Positions 37,638-51,678 of a stretch of 64,000 bases of DNA are shown here, one piece after another (the stretch's first letter is position 1; each line of letters begins with the position of its first letter). The DNA is from Prorocentrum cordatum (taxonomy: Eukaryota), in assembly GCA_963575745.1 (NCBI GenBank), contig CAUYUJ010000269.1, positions 1 through 64,000 on the forward strand. The letters run 5' to 3'. The position numbers were made by a program, and so were the translations under genes. The notes under the pieces are model-generated. The model was not told the origin of the DNA and did not search any database. It saw only the letters and a list, made by a program, of their open reading frames with translations.

Positions 37638-40600
37638 CTTTTGGGCACCATGCCGCTCCGCTGCTGCCTCAAGTCTCCGTCTGTGCGGCCAACATCGGTG
37701 GGTGGAGGGGCCTCATGGCCCTCTCCCCGCGTCCGGCGCAGGCTCGGTCAGGGAGGCCTGGCCATACCCAGGCGCTATACTTGCGCCTGCCGTGCCCCCT
37801 TGCGGAGACTGCCCCTCCGGCAAGCAGGGTTTCTCGCAGAGCCCTCGCGGGCCTCCGGCACGCCACGTGGGACCAGGCCCTCACTAATGCTCGCCCCCGC
37901 GGGGTCGCCAGCAGCCTCCCCCGCGCCAGCTCTGGGCGAAGGGCGGCCCTGTGGAGCTCCCACTGTTCCTCCCTCGTTCCCCGCGCGTCTCCCCACTGTT
38001 GGGCCCACACGTGCCAAGGAGGCCATCTCTCAGCCCTACGAACCGCTGTGGGCCTTCGTCGCTGCAGGTGGCCTCCGCTCCTGGTCCTCCGAGTCCCTGG
38101 CGCCCCTCGAGGGCCTGCCACGCTCGCCTGGGCGGTCGCCGCTGCGGCCTGCACCAGGGCAGGTCCTCGGGGCCCCTCCCCCGGGCCGCGACGAGCACGC
38201 CCGCTCCCTGCGCGGCAGCCGCGTCGCTCGCGCGGGGCCTGTCGATCCGCGGGCTCTCCCCGCCTCGGCCAGGCCATGTCCCCCGCAGAAGCTCCTCGGC
38301 TCATCAGCGCCACGGCGGCCCCTGACAGTCCGCCGCGTGGCCCCTCCCGTCGTGCGCGCCCTCTAAGCCGCACGCCGGCTCTCTCAACAGGTGCCTCTCG
38401 CTCCGCCACGCGCAGATGGGCACTCGCCGACGGCAGCGAAGTGGTCGCCTCTCACCGCCGCGACTCCCCCCACCGGCGCCGTTCCCGCAATGCGGATCCT
38501 CGCTAGCGGTCTGCCCGGCCGCGCCAGATGGCGGCCCCCCGCTGAGCGTGCGCCGCTGCTCTGTGAGTCGCGCCAGGGCCGGGCAGGCCACACTTGGCAC
38601 ATCTCAAGCCCAGCTCCCCAGGCGCTGGATGGTGCCGAGGGTGCTGCGGAGGCTGGGCCCACGAGAGCTGCCTCTGGGCGGCCCTTCCCGCACACGCCAT
38701 CCATCCCCGTCACAGGCTCTCGCCACGGCAATCCGGCTTGGATGCTCACCAAGAGGAGGAGGAGGAGGAGGAGGAGGAGGAGGAGGAGGAGGAGGAGGAG
38801 GAGGAGGAGAAGAGAGGTGAAGGAGGAGGAGGAGGAGGAGGAGGAGGAGGAGGAGAAGGAGGAGGAGGAGTAGTAGGAGGAGGCGGCGGAGGAAGAGGAG
38901 GAAAAGGAGGATAGGGAGGAGGAGGAGGAGGAGGAGGAGGCGGAGGAGGAGGTGGAGGAGGAGGAGGAGGAGGGGGGGGAGGAAGAGGAGGAGGAGGAGG
39001 AGGAGGAGAAGGAGGAGGAGGAGGAGGAGGAGGAGAAGGATGAGAAGGAGAAGGAGAAGGAGAAGGAGGAGGAGGAGGAGGAGGAGGAGGAGGATAATGA
39101 GAAGGAGGAGGAGGAGGAGGAGCAGGAGGAGGAGGAGGAGGAAGAGGAGGAGGAGGAGAAGGAGGAGGGGAGGAGGAGGGAGGAGGGAGGAGGAGGGAGG
39201 GAGGAGGAGGGGAGAGGAGGGAGGAGGAGGAGAGAGATAGGGGGAGGAGGGAGGAGGGAGGAGGAGGAGGGGGAGGGAGGAGGGAGGCGGGAGAAGGGAG
39301 GAGGGAGGAGGGAGGGAGGGAGGGAGGAAGGAGGAGGAGGAGGAGGAGGAGGAGGAGGAGGAGGAGGAGGAGGAGGAGGAGGAGGAGGAGGAGGAGGAGA
39401 GGGAGGAGGCGGAGGAGGAGGAGGAGGAGGAGGCAGGAGGAGGAGGATAATGAGAAGGAGGAGGAGGAGGAGCAGGAGGAGTAGGAGGAGGAGGTGGAGG
39501 AGGTGGATGGTCTCGGCTTTCCTCCACCCTCTGGAGCCACGCAGGGGGCGAGCCACAAGACGCTCGGGCCTTCTCGCCCCGGCCTTGCGCCGCCTGCGAC
39601 TCCCGCCGCGCCCGCCGGCGCGCTCGTGGCCCCGCCTCCCGCGCTGCGAGCACCCCCCGCCCCACGCGTTGGCGCCTCGCTGCGGCGCTGCCTCGTGGCG
39701 GAGCGCCCTGCGGCGCCCGACACGGCCCTGGCAGTGCTGCGCGGCGGCCCTCGGCACGGCGCCGCGCCGCCGCCCGCTCCCAGAGGGCTCCCCCCGCTCC
39801 GTGGCGTGACTCCTCCGCTTGCCACCGCCCAGTGGGAGGTCACCCGGCCGATGTCCGTCGTGGAGCCCGGACGACAGGTCGAGCCCCGGCCCCGAGAAGC
39901 TCTCAGGAGGCCCCTAACAGGCTCCCAAGATGCCCCCACGAGGCCCCACGAGGTCCCCAAGAGGGCCCCCAGAAGCGTGAGGGAACTCTTAAGAGGCTCC
40001 CAAGAGGCCCCCAACATGCTCCCAAGAGGTACCCCCCAGAGGCCTACGAGCGCACTCCGAAGAGGCCCCACAAAACATCCCTGAGGACTCTACCCCACGT
40101 CAACGTCGTCATCGCCGCCGACGCCGCCGTGGTGGTCGCCGTCCCCCTTCAGGGTCGGCGGCACTGGCCGTAAGGCCTTCCCAACATAATTGTAGAGTGG
40201 CGTAGAAAGGTATGTTCTCCACCCCCTTGCGGCGCCATCTGCCGAGCGGAACAGAACAGTGGTTGTTTCGCCGCCCTGCGGCACCATGTGACGGAAGGTT
40301 GCTACATCTTTGATCCGCCCCCACTGCCTTGTCATGTTGCGAAAAGGGTATGCGAGTGCTGCTTCTGGCCCCGCGGCGCTGCCACGTGACAAGCGCAATA
40401 TAATAACATGTTCTTCGCCCCCTTGTGATGCCACGTGACGTGTGCAGAAGCATAATGTTTCCCAACCCCAGTTCGGTGCCATGTGCAGCCGGCCTTCCAA
40501 CAGCGGACCCGCTCCCGTTTTGCTTCAGTCGGCCGTCCGCCGACGAAGAGAAGTCAACGTTTCGACCCCTCGAATGCGAAGCCCTCTCTGGAGCGCCCCC

Positions 40601-41253
40601 TGTGCTTCTGACCCTTTCTGGTCTCCCTGGGCACCGACCCTGTGGTAGAGCAGCAGGTTCGTGCCAGGTCCAGACGCCATGTGGCAAACCCGTGGCGCTC
40701 CCACTATTCTAGCTGGCGCTCGCTGCAACGAACGGTACAGGCAAACAATTGCATGTATGAGAAGGTGGCTCGGCATTGCGCAGTGCAGTCCCCCATGAAT
40801 GATGCGCGCTGAAGTTAAATAATACTCTTTCTTCTCCTCCTCCTCCTCCTGCGCCTCCTCCTCCGCGTCCTCCCACTCCCCCCGCCTCCGAAAACTTCTC
40901 ATCCACCTTTTCGCACTCGGCCTTTTCATCGTTCTTTTTCTCTTCTCCAGCGTCTGCTTGTATCTCCCTCATCTCCATCTACTCTTGCTCCTCACCTTCC
41001 TCCTACTCGTCGTCTCATCCTCAGAATTCTCGTCGCCGTTGTCGTCGGCGTCATTGCTGTCGCCCTCCCCGTCCTCGTCCTCGACGTCATCGTCAATGAC
41101 GACGTCGTCGCTGCCGTGGATGCAGCTGTCGTCAAGTTCGCATTTCGTCGTCCTTCTCCTCCTCCTGTTCCCCCTCCTGATCATGCTCCTCCTCTTCACC
41201 CTCCTCATCTTCGAATCCTCCCCGTCCCCCGATCACTACTTTATGGCAGCGGC

Positions 41254-41347
41254 CCCGCAACGGAGGAGCTTCTCGCAGATCTTGCTGCAGCTCTGGCACG
41301 GAATCTCTGGGGGTTTCTCGGGCTCCTCGGCGAAGTGCTTGCAACAC
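41254..41347 (-). CDS. Predicted exon: CCKHFAEEPEKPPEIPCQSCSKICEKLLRCG (MYND N-terminal half)
   Basis: CAGCAG|G acceptor, GGG|GC donor. Joins the 34208 exon to give CQSC-x9-CGVC-x4-YC-x3-CQ. Confidence 0.85.
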
Positions 41348-41398
41348 CTGCTGCTCGTCCTGTTCCTCCTCACGCTTGTTGCTCTCACTCCTGCTCAC

Positions 41399-41425
41399 CT
41401 CTTACAAGGCTGCCCTTCTGGACCC
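41399..41425 (-). CDS. Tentative micro-exon GPEGQPCK(R)
   Basis: AG|GTGAGC donor is phase-compatible with the 41347 exon via a 51-nt intron. The acceptor is uncertain. Confidence 0.4.
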
Positions 41426-42743
41426 CTGGCTGGCCTCAACCGCCAAGTAGCGCCAAAGGCGGGCAACCGAAGAGCATGGGGAAGTGGAGTCGACAGCGCT
41501 AGCGATTTGACGAATTATGGAGGGAAAACTTGTAAAACGAAGCGGCCACATCATGTGTGGATCTCTCTGTGACACAAGTTTTCCAACTTATGACGTACCC
41601 ATGGACTCTCTACGGGGCCACAGTGGGGCCCAAACAGTGCCTCAAAGGCTGCCAGAAACGCCGCAAGAGGCTCAGAGTAGCTTCCAGAAGCCACCGAGAG
41701 GGTCCCACGGTACCAAAACGTGAGTCAGCTGGGAGCGGCACTGCAAAGGCTGATCCCTCGTTCTCTGTTGGTTGGCCTAGGTGCGCCCCCCCCCCTCGTT
41801 TCGCTCGTGTTCCTCGCCTTCCCTCCTCCCCGCAATTTGCCGAAAAGTTGACTCTGAATGTGCGGATGGGCATACGTGGGGCGCCGGATACGCGCACTCT
41901 AGTTTGGGGGCGCACCCGGTGGGCTCGAAGAGTCCATTTAGGATCTCAAATGCGTGGCCGGCAACTTGGGCAGAGGCTTCGTGTCTCAGCCTGTTGTTAT
42001 CATGTGAAGTTGGGTGCAAAATCGTCTGACCATGTCAACACGAGTGGGCCCCAAACAGCAGGCTACTACACTCTCGGTGTGCAATGCATGTGGTGCAATC
42101 TGCGTATGGCGCAAAAGATGTAGTGCCATCATTCCGTTGTTCGCCGTTTGTGTTGCAATGCTTCTGGTGCAGCCTATGGCATGCAAGCGATTTGATGCAT
42201 CCCTTGTTGCGCAAGATATGCGTGGCAAAACACATCATTCACGCTTCGAAATGCACTAAACATGTACACGTGAGTGACCGACCTATGTAATATATGTGGT
42301 CAATTAAACTTGCTGCAACCTGTGTAAACCAATACACTTCAGTATCGACATCGTCAACTCAAACGTTCGAGCAAACATCCCAACACTCAATATGCGAGTT
42401 GCTGCAACTTGCTGGCGACGACAGCGATGATGACGATGATGCTGTTCGTGGAGCCGATGGGGGTAATGTCGGCGACGACAGCGATGGTGGTGAAGTCGAT
42501 GGCGATGACGATGGCAAATATGCCGATAGCGATGATGATGATGATACCGATGGTGCTGTGAGGATGACTGGGAAGTGTGCGCGCGCAGAAGTTTGACGAG
42601 GGCGACGACTGTGGTGATGTTGATGACGACGATGGTGATGGTGATGGTGATGGTGATGGTGATGGTGATGGTGATGGTGATGGGGATGGTGATGGTGATG
42701 GTGATGGTGATGGTGATGGTGATGGTGATGGTGATGGTGGTGG

Positions 42744-42775
<32 letters not shown>

Positions 42776-44499
42776 GTAAGAACGATGACCATGGCGATGA
42801 CGATAAATATTCTGCTAAATGATGCAGAGCCCCACGCGCGCAGAAAATCATACCCTCTGGTCCCGTGTTATGGGGAATACATGGGGTGCTCGTGCAGGTT
42901 TGAACTCGTCTGCGCTGCTTGGAACACAATAGTGGTGTTGCAAGAATTTCGATTTGCGCGCGAGGGAATGCGCGCGTGTGGCCAACACTGTACCTGTTTG
43001 ACAGAATCGGCGGCTGCGCGATGATTGGTGCACGTGTTCGGCGTGAGCGCGCGCGTAGCCTGCATTTTCGCACTTGGCAGAACGGCTGAGCACTCGCGGC
43101 TGCTGGTGAGTTCAACGGGAGCGCGCCCAGAAATGCAGCTTTTGTTGCTTGAAGCGGCTATGGGTGTTTGGCTGTGTCTGAACAGCTCTGGTTTGTTTTG
43201 TTTTGGGGAGCCATTCCTTTTTTTGTTTTTTTTTTGTTCTGAAACGTTTGGAACACATTTGAGAAACAAATGTGTGTGTGTTTTATCCGGTGTCCGTTGT
43301 CGGAAGCCAGTGGCTCTGAATAGCTTGAATGCTGGTCGGAAACGAGCGTCTTGTTTTTACGATGCCGGCACGCGCGCGCGGCGGCGCGCGCGCGTACCTC
43401 GCATGCGTGTTGCTGCAGAGGCGCATGGGGGGGAAGACACGTCGTAGATCAACGCCTGTCCACCGCACCGTGCACTTCGGCAGACGTGTGGAGGACGATG
43501 CCAGGACTGCTGCTTGCGTGCAACCGATTTGAAATTCGAGATGTTAGCCGGCGTGGGCCCCCAAAACGCAGGTGCTTCTGGCAGTGCGTGTTGTGAACTT
43601 GTGTGTTGCATGTTTCGGTGTGCAATATAGGCGGTGCAACCTGCGCGGTGCAGTTATCGTCCTGCGATCTAGGGGGGTGCAATAGAATTGGAACAATCAG
43701 TGTGGAGCAGACTACGCGGTGCAATGTATGTGGTACGCTATATTTTGCGCGGCGCCTGGGGTGCCATCTCTGCTTGTTTCCCCAAGGCTTCCTTGTTTAT
43801 TACCATGCATCGATGGCACGCTTGCGCGCACTCGGCGGCGCAAACCCCAAGGTGTGTGAGCAACGATCCACTGTTTACTCGCGCCCTCCAAACCAACGGC
43901 CTCGCCCCTGCGAAACCCGACCCAAACCTAGATTCGCGGCAGCAGCACTGACGCGGGCATGGGGGGGGAAGGGGGGGAAAACTGCGCGGCGGCCTGCTCG
44001 CCCCAGGTTTGCGCGGTATGAGCATGGTGGCGATAGGTGGCTCGCAGTCGAATTTCGAAAAAAGGTTTTCGCGGGAACCCACCTGGCCCCGTTTCCCGGC
44101 AGAATGGGCAGAAAGGAAACCATCAACACAAGCAGCAAACATAACATTCGACGAGCGTGGCGAGGGCTACACCAGGAGGAGGGAGGAGAGCCGGGGGAAC
44201 AACCTTGGGTAAAGACGGCGACGAAGGTAGAACATGCCCAAGCCAGCGGGAGAAGAGTTGAAGAAACCGAGGACAGCGAACATAGCGATCAACAGGATCG
44301 AGGTATTCCCCAAGACAGCGCGGGCATCAACAGCCTTTCGGGGCAATGTGGAACCACGCGAGTGTACAAATAGAACGCGCGGGGATCCGGGGGATGGCAA
44401 CAATCAAAGATGGATGAACCCGATGGATGACGGAGAAAGGCATTACTGTCGAAACGATCTACCATAGAGCGCTGGGCCAGAGGAAACCATTTGAAAATG

Positions 44500-47400
44500 C
44501 GTCTGAGCAGGATATCATGGGGGTGCTCTATGTACGCAGAAGAGGCCCAAAACATTCGATATAGAAGGTGTTGAAGCTTATTAGTGTCCTCTGGGGGGCT
44601 TCGCGAGCAGACTCGGCCCATGGCGGGCAACGCCGCAGCGAGAAATACAAGTGATACTGACGACGCAAATGACTAATAAGCGAATTCTTCCACTGCCACC
44701 AGCCGATGCGCATTATGGCGAAGACGTGCTCTGGATCATCCTCCAGAGCCCTAAATCGCGAGAAGAAGCAACCGAACAAGTCACTGCGGATGACGTACCT
44801 GAGGCACGCTGATCTGGCCCGGGTGTAGATATCTGCACATTAGACAAGGAGATGGATATATCGATGGAGTGGCATCGGGGAAATGGAAGAGCATTTCTGG
44901 GGCCCGCCACAAATGCATCTTAGTGCCCCCATGCATGCGAGCTAGATCATGAGAGACTGGATGAAACTGCACGATCACAGCGAGGGTGGAGACACACGAG
45001 ACTTTAAACGCGGCGGCCGAGAAGACAAGTCCAAGCCCGAACCGACATGCAACCCCGACTCTCCGTCGGAACTTGGGACCACCTTCGCTGTTCGCGAGTC
45101 TCTCGGCCCCGCGGCCAATCGTAATAATATTGAACCCCATCCAGGACCTGGATCACCTTGAATTCCCCTCCACCACCGGCGCCAAATCCCTCTGGAGGTT
45201 TACGTCGTAGGAGCCTGCGACCATAATCTGGCGTCTCTTAAAGTTGAACCCGAGACCGGCAATCTTTCCGAGCCGCGTCAGCAGGGCGAGGAGGGGGCCC
45301 GGGGAACGGATAACATCCATGAGACCAAAGCAGGAGCCTCCAGCGTAGGCGAAGGTCGCGTCGATGTGCGAGGATGCTGTAAACTGACCCAGCGGAGAAG
45401 AGGGTCGACTGCAAGCGCGAATGCTAGCATGCTGCGCGGGCAACCCTGCCTGACCCCGCTCGCCATGATAAGCTCCGCATGCGCCGCCCCACCTAGGCGT
45501 GCAATGGCGGCGCCATGATGGCGGGGCAGATTGAAGATGTTGCAAACGCACGGGCGCGCGTTCATTTTCTCTGGCACGCGCAGGAGCCAAGGCATGGCAA
45601 TGGACGGGGAAGCAGCGCTGATTCCAGCGAGGGAGAGGCAGACTGTCATGCAATCGACGACGCGCTGCTCAAGACCCCCCCCCCCCCCCCCCCCAGTTTT
45701 CACCGCGCCCGCGAGCGTGCCCCTCCCCGCTGCACATTTCTGCCCCCCTCGATATCCAACCTTGGGCGTGAATGACCAACGCGTGCGAGATCGCCCCGGC
45801 GATGCTTCTCATGTTGGACTTGCTACAGGGGCCAGCGCAGCTCGGACGGCGGCGAACAACGTTCGACTTCTCCCGAGACCCCGCGCCCTCGGGGCGGAAG
45901 ACCACGAGGCCCGCCCCATCTGGGCCGGCAACTCGCGGACATCATCTGGGAACAGCACGAGAAAAAACAAAAAAACATCAAATAATAACCCCGGGCCCTC
46001 GGGGATCTCCCAGACGCCGCGGGGGGGCCCGCCCCCGCCAGGCATCGTGCGCTAATGAACGCGCCATTCACCGCGGGATATTTCCCCAATCAGAGGGTGC
46101 CTCTGTAGAGGTCCTAGCGGATTCACATGGTTAGGTCAGCTGTGGCGCCGATTTCGGCGGCGCGCCTTGGTGCCCAGGTGCCTGGGTGCCTGGGTGCCCA
46201 GTAGCCGCGTGGCCCTAGTCGCCCTCTAGCCTGATAGCCCTATAGCCCTGATAGCCCTCTAGCCCAGTGAAAGCCCTAGTAGCCCGAGCAGCCCTATAGC
46301 CTTATAGCCCCATAGCCTTCTAGCCCTATGGCCCTATAGCCTTATAGCCCAATTGCCATACAAAAATTATGATTGGGGATTTCCTCTGGTATCATTCAGG
46401 AAATGTGATGAAGGGGTTCAGGGATACTTTGAATCGGAGCACCCACTTCTGGCTTCTCGGAGATGCCCAGAAGGGCGGCCGAGGCCGCGCGGGACCAGTG
46501 CCCCTGGGGGGCCTCGGCGGAGTGGCCGACAGACCTGCAGGGAAGATTGCGCTCATCGTCGCTCCCAGCCGGGCAGTTTCTAATCTTGAATCTTCGCCGG
46601 AGCTCCTGCGCTCGAATGTCTCGATTCTTTCTGGGGCGCTGTCGCTGCGGCGCAAGCCTCTGACAATCCAATGCCCCGGGCTTCCTCGTCGAGCGGCTGC
46701 ACCTGGATACTCCGAATGAGAGCGCGCGGGCCGCCCAGGCGCGCGCGCTCGACAGTGGCCGGGCGCGGGCGGGTCTGGAGAGTGGCGCGGCGCGCAAGCT
46801 CGACGGATCACCCCATCCTTGCTTGGCCTACCGCGAGGAGCTTGCAACGCTCAGCATTGCTTGAACCCGAGGTTGTCCGCAATCGCTCGCTTGGGGCAGT
46901 CGCCGACGTGCGCGGCCGTGGTCATAGTCGGCTCCTTGAGCTGCTCGAGACGTTGCTGGGGGCCTAAGTGCGCGGGCGCATATGCTACGGCGGAGCCCGG
47001 AAACTCTGACGCTCGGGGCGCTTGACGATCCACTTCGGGACGCATGTCTGGCAGGGGGGGGGGGGGCGGAATTGTTCGATATTGATAGAAATCGGGATGC
47101 GGTCGCTCGCCGCCGTCGCTTGCAATCTGCCCGGTACGCCACAGCGCACGTCTCAATCGCGCAGGATAGCTTCTGGGGGTAGCGCGCAGGCGCTGCCCAG
47201 ACGCGCCGCGCGCGCGGCTGCCCCGCCCCGAGACTCCCGCCCCGCATCCTGCTCCGGGCAAAACTCCGTGACGCGGGAAAAGCGCAGCAGAAGTAATCGC
47301 GAGCGCGCTCTGTCCCGCGCCCAGCGCGCCCGGGCCCGTCGCGCTGCGTGCGGCCCTCCCCCAATAACAAAAATAAGCTCACCCGTCAGGATCCTGCGAC

Positions 47401-49050
47401 CGCCCGGCAACTCCTGGCACTCGGCGCGAAGAACAGCAAGGGGGCGGGGATAGACTGCGAGCGCGTCGCTCGCGCTGGGGAGGTGGGGGTTTGAAAACGC
47501 TGAGGGGGCCGTTCGGACCAGAAACGACCATGCGGGCTGCGACCAGTGACGACTTCATGCTGTGAAACAGCAATGGATTTACGGCATGGAGCTGGACTTC
47601 ATAGAATGGCAAGCCCACCTTCGCGCTGAGAACCAGGGAAGACAGATGGCCCGATCGAGAACCCAGAGGAGGCCGAGCCCAGCTCGCGGTGGAGCTCTCC
47701 GAACTCTGATGTGCGACCGTGCGTCTCTTGACAGCAGATGCTGGCAAACCTGCGATGCGGGCTTGAAGAGGGGGGGGTAGCGCGCGGTGGCGCGCCAAAT
47801 CGCACTCCTGACAAAACTGAACAAGCCGCGCGCACTCAACGGGCAAATTGCGAGCTGCCGGGGCAAAAAGCACACAGTTTGGAATTGGGGAAAGGGGGGG
47901 GCCAACCGCGCTCCTCGCGTAGGGAGACACGGGGGGTGTCGTGCGGAAGTCTGCTGGAATGCGATCAGCTTCAGCGCCCGGTAAGGGGCGTCTGACCTGA
48001 ACGCCAGCTGCGTCGCGGACGTCGCCCGCGTGGGCCTCCAACCCAAACTCGCGCAAACCGGCGGCGACGAGCTCGACCGCGACCGCGAGGCCATCGCCGG
48101 CGATCTCCAGCTGCGCGAGCTCGACGGGATCGCGTTCAGACCTCGGCGCGTAAACGAGGCCGCCCAGGCCGCTGCTGCCAACCTCTATACCGCGAGCCGA
48201 GAGCTGCTTCGAGTTGCAAGAGCGGACGCGCCCCGCGATGACGAAAATCTGGCGGCCTTTCAAGTCGTAGTCACCCTTGATCTGGATATTGAACATCTTC
48301 TGTGGAAATCAGGAGTCGGGATGGCGAGAGAAACCATCGCGGCCGGATTGGCGAGGAAGTTGGAGGCGTCGTTAGCCTACCCGAAGTCGTGGGTGATCTT
48401 CTTGGCCATGCCGAAACATTTCGCGCCACTCCGAGCCTGACGTCTGTCGGTGCTTGCTGGGCCTGCAGCGCCCTGGCGATGGTCTGCGAGGCGCGGCCAG
48501 CATTTTCCGAGGGAAGCCGACGGCAATGAGTTTACAAGTGCTCCCCTGTTGGTCACTGATGGCACCGCTGCGACGAGAGCCAATCGAGCTGCTGGTAGCG
48601 GAGGGTGGGTGGAGAGGGCGCGGAGCTTCTCTCCTCGATAAATGCAATTTGGGTCTGGACACAAGACTAGGGTTCTTCGCCTACGCCCGCGCCCGCGCCG
48701 AAGTGTGGGGCATGCTGGCGAGCTTCTTTGGCGATAAGCTCGGTGTTGATACGGCCGGTGACGTGCCCCTTGACCTTGTCCAAGCGAGAAATGACGTCGG
48801 AGTGCATGGCAAACTGCTGGCCCTCCAGCTGCGCCGCTTTGTTCTGGATGTCGGTCGTCAGGTTCGCCATGTTGGTTGTGGGCTGGTCGCAACGGCCAGA
48901 CAGCGCGGAAGCCTGGCTCTTGATGAAGCGAATGTCATAAGACTACGAATGCAGCCGCGATCCAACGCCACGGGATGCACGAAAGATTTCATCAAGTTTC
49001 TCTTCAGTCGGCGTCTTCTGTGCGGGTCGCTTGCCCTTGCCAGAACGGGT
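44500..49050 (-). mobile_element. Decayed long LINE (ORF1-like region plus RT remnants); boundaries approximate
   Basis: SGVRQGCPRSMLAFALAVDPLLRW, FAYAGG (decayed YADD) and GLGFNFK at about 45240-45465. Coiled-coil-like ORF1 remnants at about 48000-48900. Many frameshifts. Confidence 0.62.
46083..46379 (+). mobile_element. Small element with 10-bp inverted ends and internal TAGCCC(TA) array
   Basis: TCCCCAATCA at 46083-46092 and TGATTGGGGA at 46370-46379. Lies inside the decayed LINE. TSD not resolved. Confidence 0.65.
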
Positions 49051-49678
49051 GCGAGATGAAGAGGGCATGCGGCAACTGCTGGAAGTTTGGGCTGACGGCG
49101 CGCGGCTGCCCGATCGATGCCTCGAGCTCCTGCAGGAAACCGAACGTCGGGAACGATCGCCTGGCATCACGGCCGCAGCGTTGTGCGAGGGAGGAAAATG
49201 ACGTGGAAGGTGCGTGTCAAAAGCTGCTGAAACCTGGCCAGGCCTCCCCTGCAAAGGACCAGCGGGAAGCGTTGTTCCTGCCCACCTGGCTTGATCGATG
49301 TCTTACTTGAACCAAGATGGCGACGGACTGGTGTGCCACCTATGTTGTGCACCTGATGTTGCGGGATCTAGGAAAAGCAATCCACGTTGTGCAATCTAGG
49401 TTGCGCAATCTATGTGATGTAGTGTATGCGGCGCAACATACGTAGTGCGAGATAGGTGGTGCGATCTGCCTGGTGCAACATATGTGGGACAGTCTACGTT
49501 GTGCTATATATGAGACGTTGTTCAATTTACGTGCTGCACCCGATGAAATTCAATATGGGCAATGCAATCTAAGCGGTGGTATCCGTAATGTGAAATTGAC
49601 CACGCTGCACCGCGCGTGACCATATCCCATGCTCGTGCAGACCTCCCACCGTCCCATCCGCATATTGGTCGACAAAAC

Positions 49679-49918
49679 TCATAAAGTCACGACTGCAGTT
49701 AAAGCGTGGAGCTCGTCCGCCAATTGTATCGAGCTCGCTGTCACGCGGACCCTCGTGGCGCGGGCAAAGTCCATCTTGCGGGAGCCAGCGCGGACGACAG
49801 CACTTACAGCGTGGAGATCCTCCGATAATTTCATGGTGTGCATTGGCGCGCGGACGCTCGTCGCGCAGGCAAGGTCCATCTTGCGGGAGACAGCGCGGAC
49901 GACGGCGTCGACAAATGA
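49679..49918 (-). pseudogene. Degenerate pentatricopeptide (PPR)-like fragment, about 2.3 repeats
   Basis: Exact 35-codon period: AVVRAVSRKMDLACATSVRAPMHTMKLSEDLHAVS / AVVRAGSRKMDFARATRVRVTASSIQLADELHALT / AVVTL*. Confidence 0.5.
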
Positions 49919-51550
49919 CGATGAGAATGATCACGACGCTTCCGGCGGCAATGGTGACGATGACGTTTCCCCGCATGGTGATATTTGAAAGAGATCATGC
50001 CTCTGGCATGCGCGCGAGGGCATTGGAATCAATTACACATGCGCGCACGGAGGCATCCTTGGACAACAAAATTGAAACAAATGGGCCCCCTATAATCCGC
50101 AAGAGCGCGCGGGATGAACTGTTGAAAACTTTGTGTTGGAAAACCATTGTGTTGCTGATGTGTTTGCGCAAAAATAACAGCGAAAAAAGGTTTTGCAAGG
50201 ATTTCGTTTTGCGCGCGCATGTGGAACGCATGGTATTATTTCATGGGGATTCGTACGTTCAGCGATCAACACATCAGCACCGCATTGTCTCATTTGACAG
50301 GGAGGAGGGGGGACCCGATACCGGGACAGCGACTAGCTGGGATGGTATGAATGCATGTGGAAAATGAACATGGAGGCAGAATCATATGTAAATTGCAATA
50401 CCCCAGGGGGGAGTGAGTGGTAATCCGAGGGTGGTGGTGGGGGGGGTAGAGCCTAATTTCAAAAAAAGGGGAAAGGAATAGATGTTGTGCCATATACGTG
50501 GTGCAATCTAAGTTGTACGATATAAGGGGTACAAACAGTTTTGTGAGTGATCAAAGAGCACGTCGCAAACGCGAACTTCTGTCGTGCAAAATGTGTGGTG
50601 CGATCCATCGGCGACGACGGGCGGCGACGAGGCGGCGACGGTGCGGCGACGGCTGGCACGAGTCTGCCCTGCCAACCGGCCCAGACGATGGGCGGCGACG
50701 AGGCGGCATTGTGGCGGCGACGGCCGGCACGGAGCTGCTAGACTGGGCCACCAGCCCAGTTGCTTGGAAGAGAAAGAAGAGCCCCTAAGTGCAATCACTG
50801 TCAGGGGAATGCGGTTGTGCAGCCGATGTCAGGGCTGAACCTAAACGGTGTTTTTCGTTTTCGTTTGTCATCGTTTTCCCTCGTTTTGTCTTCAATCCAC
50901 CTCTACCGCAAAACGAAGTCGAAACGACAACGGTCCACGAAATCGCCAAAACACCGTTTAGGTCCAGACCTGGTCTATGTTGTGCGATACATGTGGTGTG
51001 ATTTATGGTTTGAGCGATCTAAAAGTGCGCCGCATGCGCGACTTTTTCTTGTTGGTGCAATCTACGTGGTGCAGTCCAACGGCGGCGGCGAGGAGGCGAC
51101 GAGGCGGCGACGGGGCGGCGACGGCGACCACATGGCAGCCAGGCCGAAGACGCAGCCCATCACAGATCTGAAGTCGCCATCTGATGAGGGGGCGGCTACC
51201 CCGTGCCAGGGTGAGAGGGGGGGTGTCAGACCCCAATCTCTTGCAGGAAGAATACATGTCTGGGGACACCAAAAGGTACCGATGCCGCTACTCCCCGGAC
51301 CTCTGCTGGGGTGCGTTCTGACCAGGATTTCGAGGCGAATCCAGCGGCGGCGATGACGGAGGCCCAGGAGGCCCATAAGGGGGAAAACGAGGAGAGGGTA
51401 GAGGTAGGGGTACCTGCTCCTCCTCTGAGTGCCTCGTGGGGCACTCCACGTGGTGCCCTCCGCGTGGAGCGAGCACAGCCGGCGCGCGAGGCGGCCACAG
51501 GTCGGGTGCCCAACGGGCCGGAGGCCTGGCAGAGCGAGCCAGCGCCTGGC

Positions 51551-51678
51551 CATCGCTCGGACGTCCACTCCCTGTGTTTTTTTTTTCGGTTTCGTGCGTG
51601 GCTTTTTCGCCAAATACTCAAGGATGCTCCTCGATGGTCCTCGCCGAAGCAGGAAAAAAGACACACGTCCGAGCGACG
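51551..51678. mobile_element. MITE family B copy (degenerate)
   Basis: Inverted TCGCTCGGACGT and ACGTCCGAGCGA. Internal similarity to 58375-58668. Confidence 0.6.

Noticed and set aside
38060..38610. RCAKCGLPG plus AEATCS as alternative MYND exons
   Set aside because: Splice sites are poor, and a much better exon exists at 41254-41347.
47382..47392. 11-nt micro-exon DPDG with AG|GA acceptor and GG|GTGAG donor, phase-compatible between 59221 and 41425
   Set aside because: Too short to distinguish from chance, and it lies inside a decayed LINE region.
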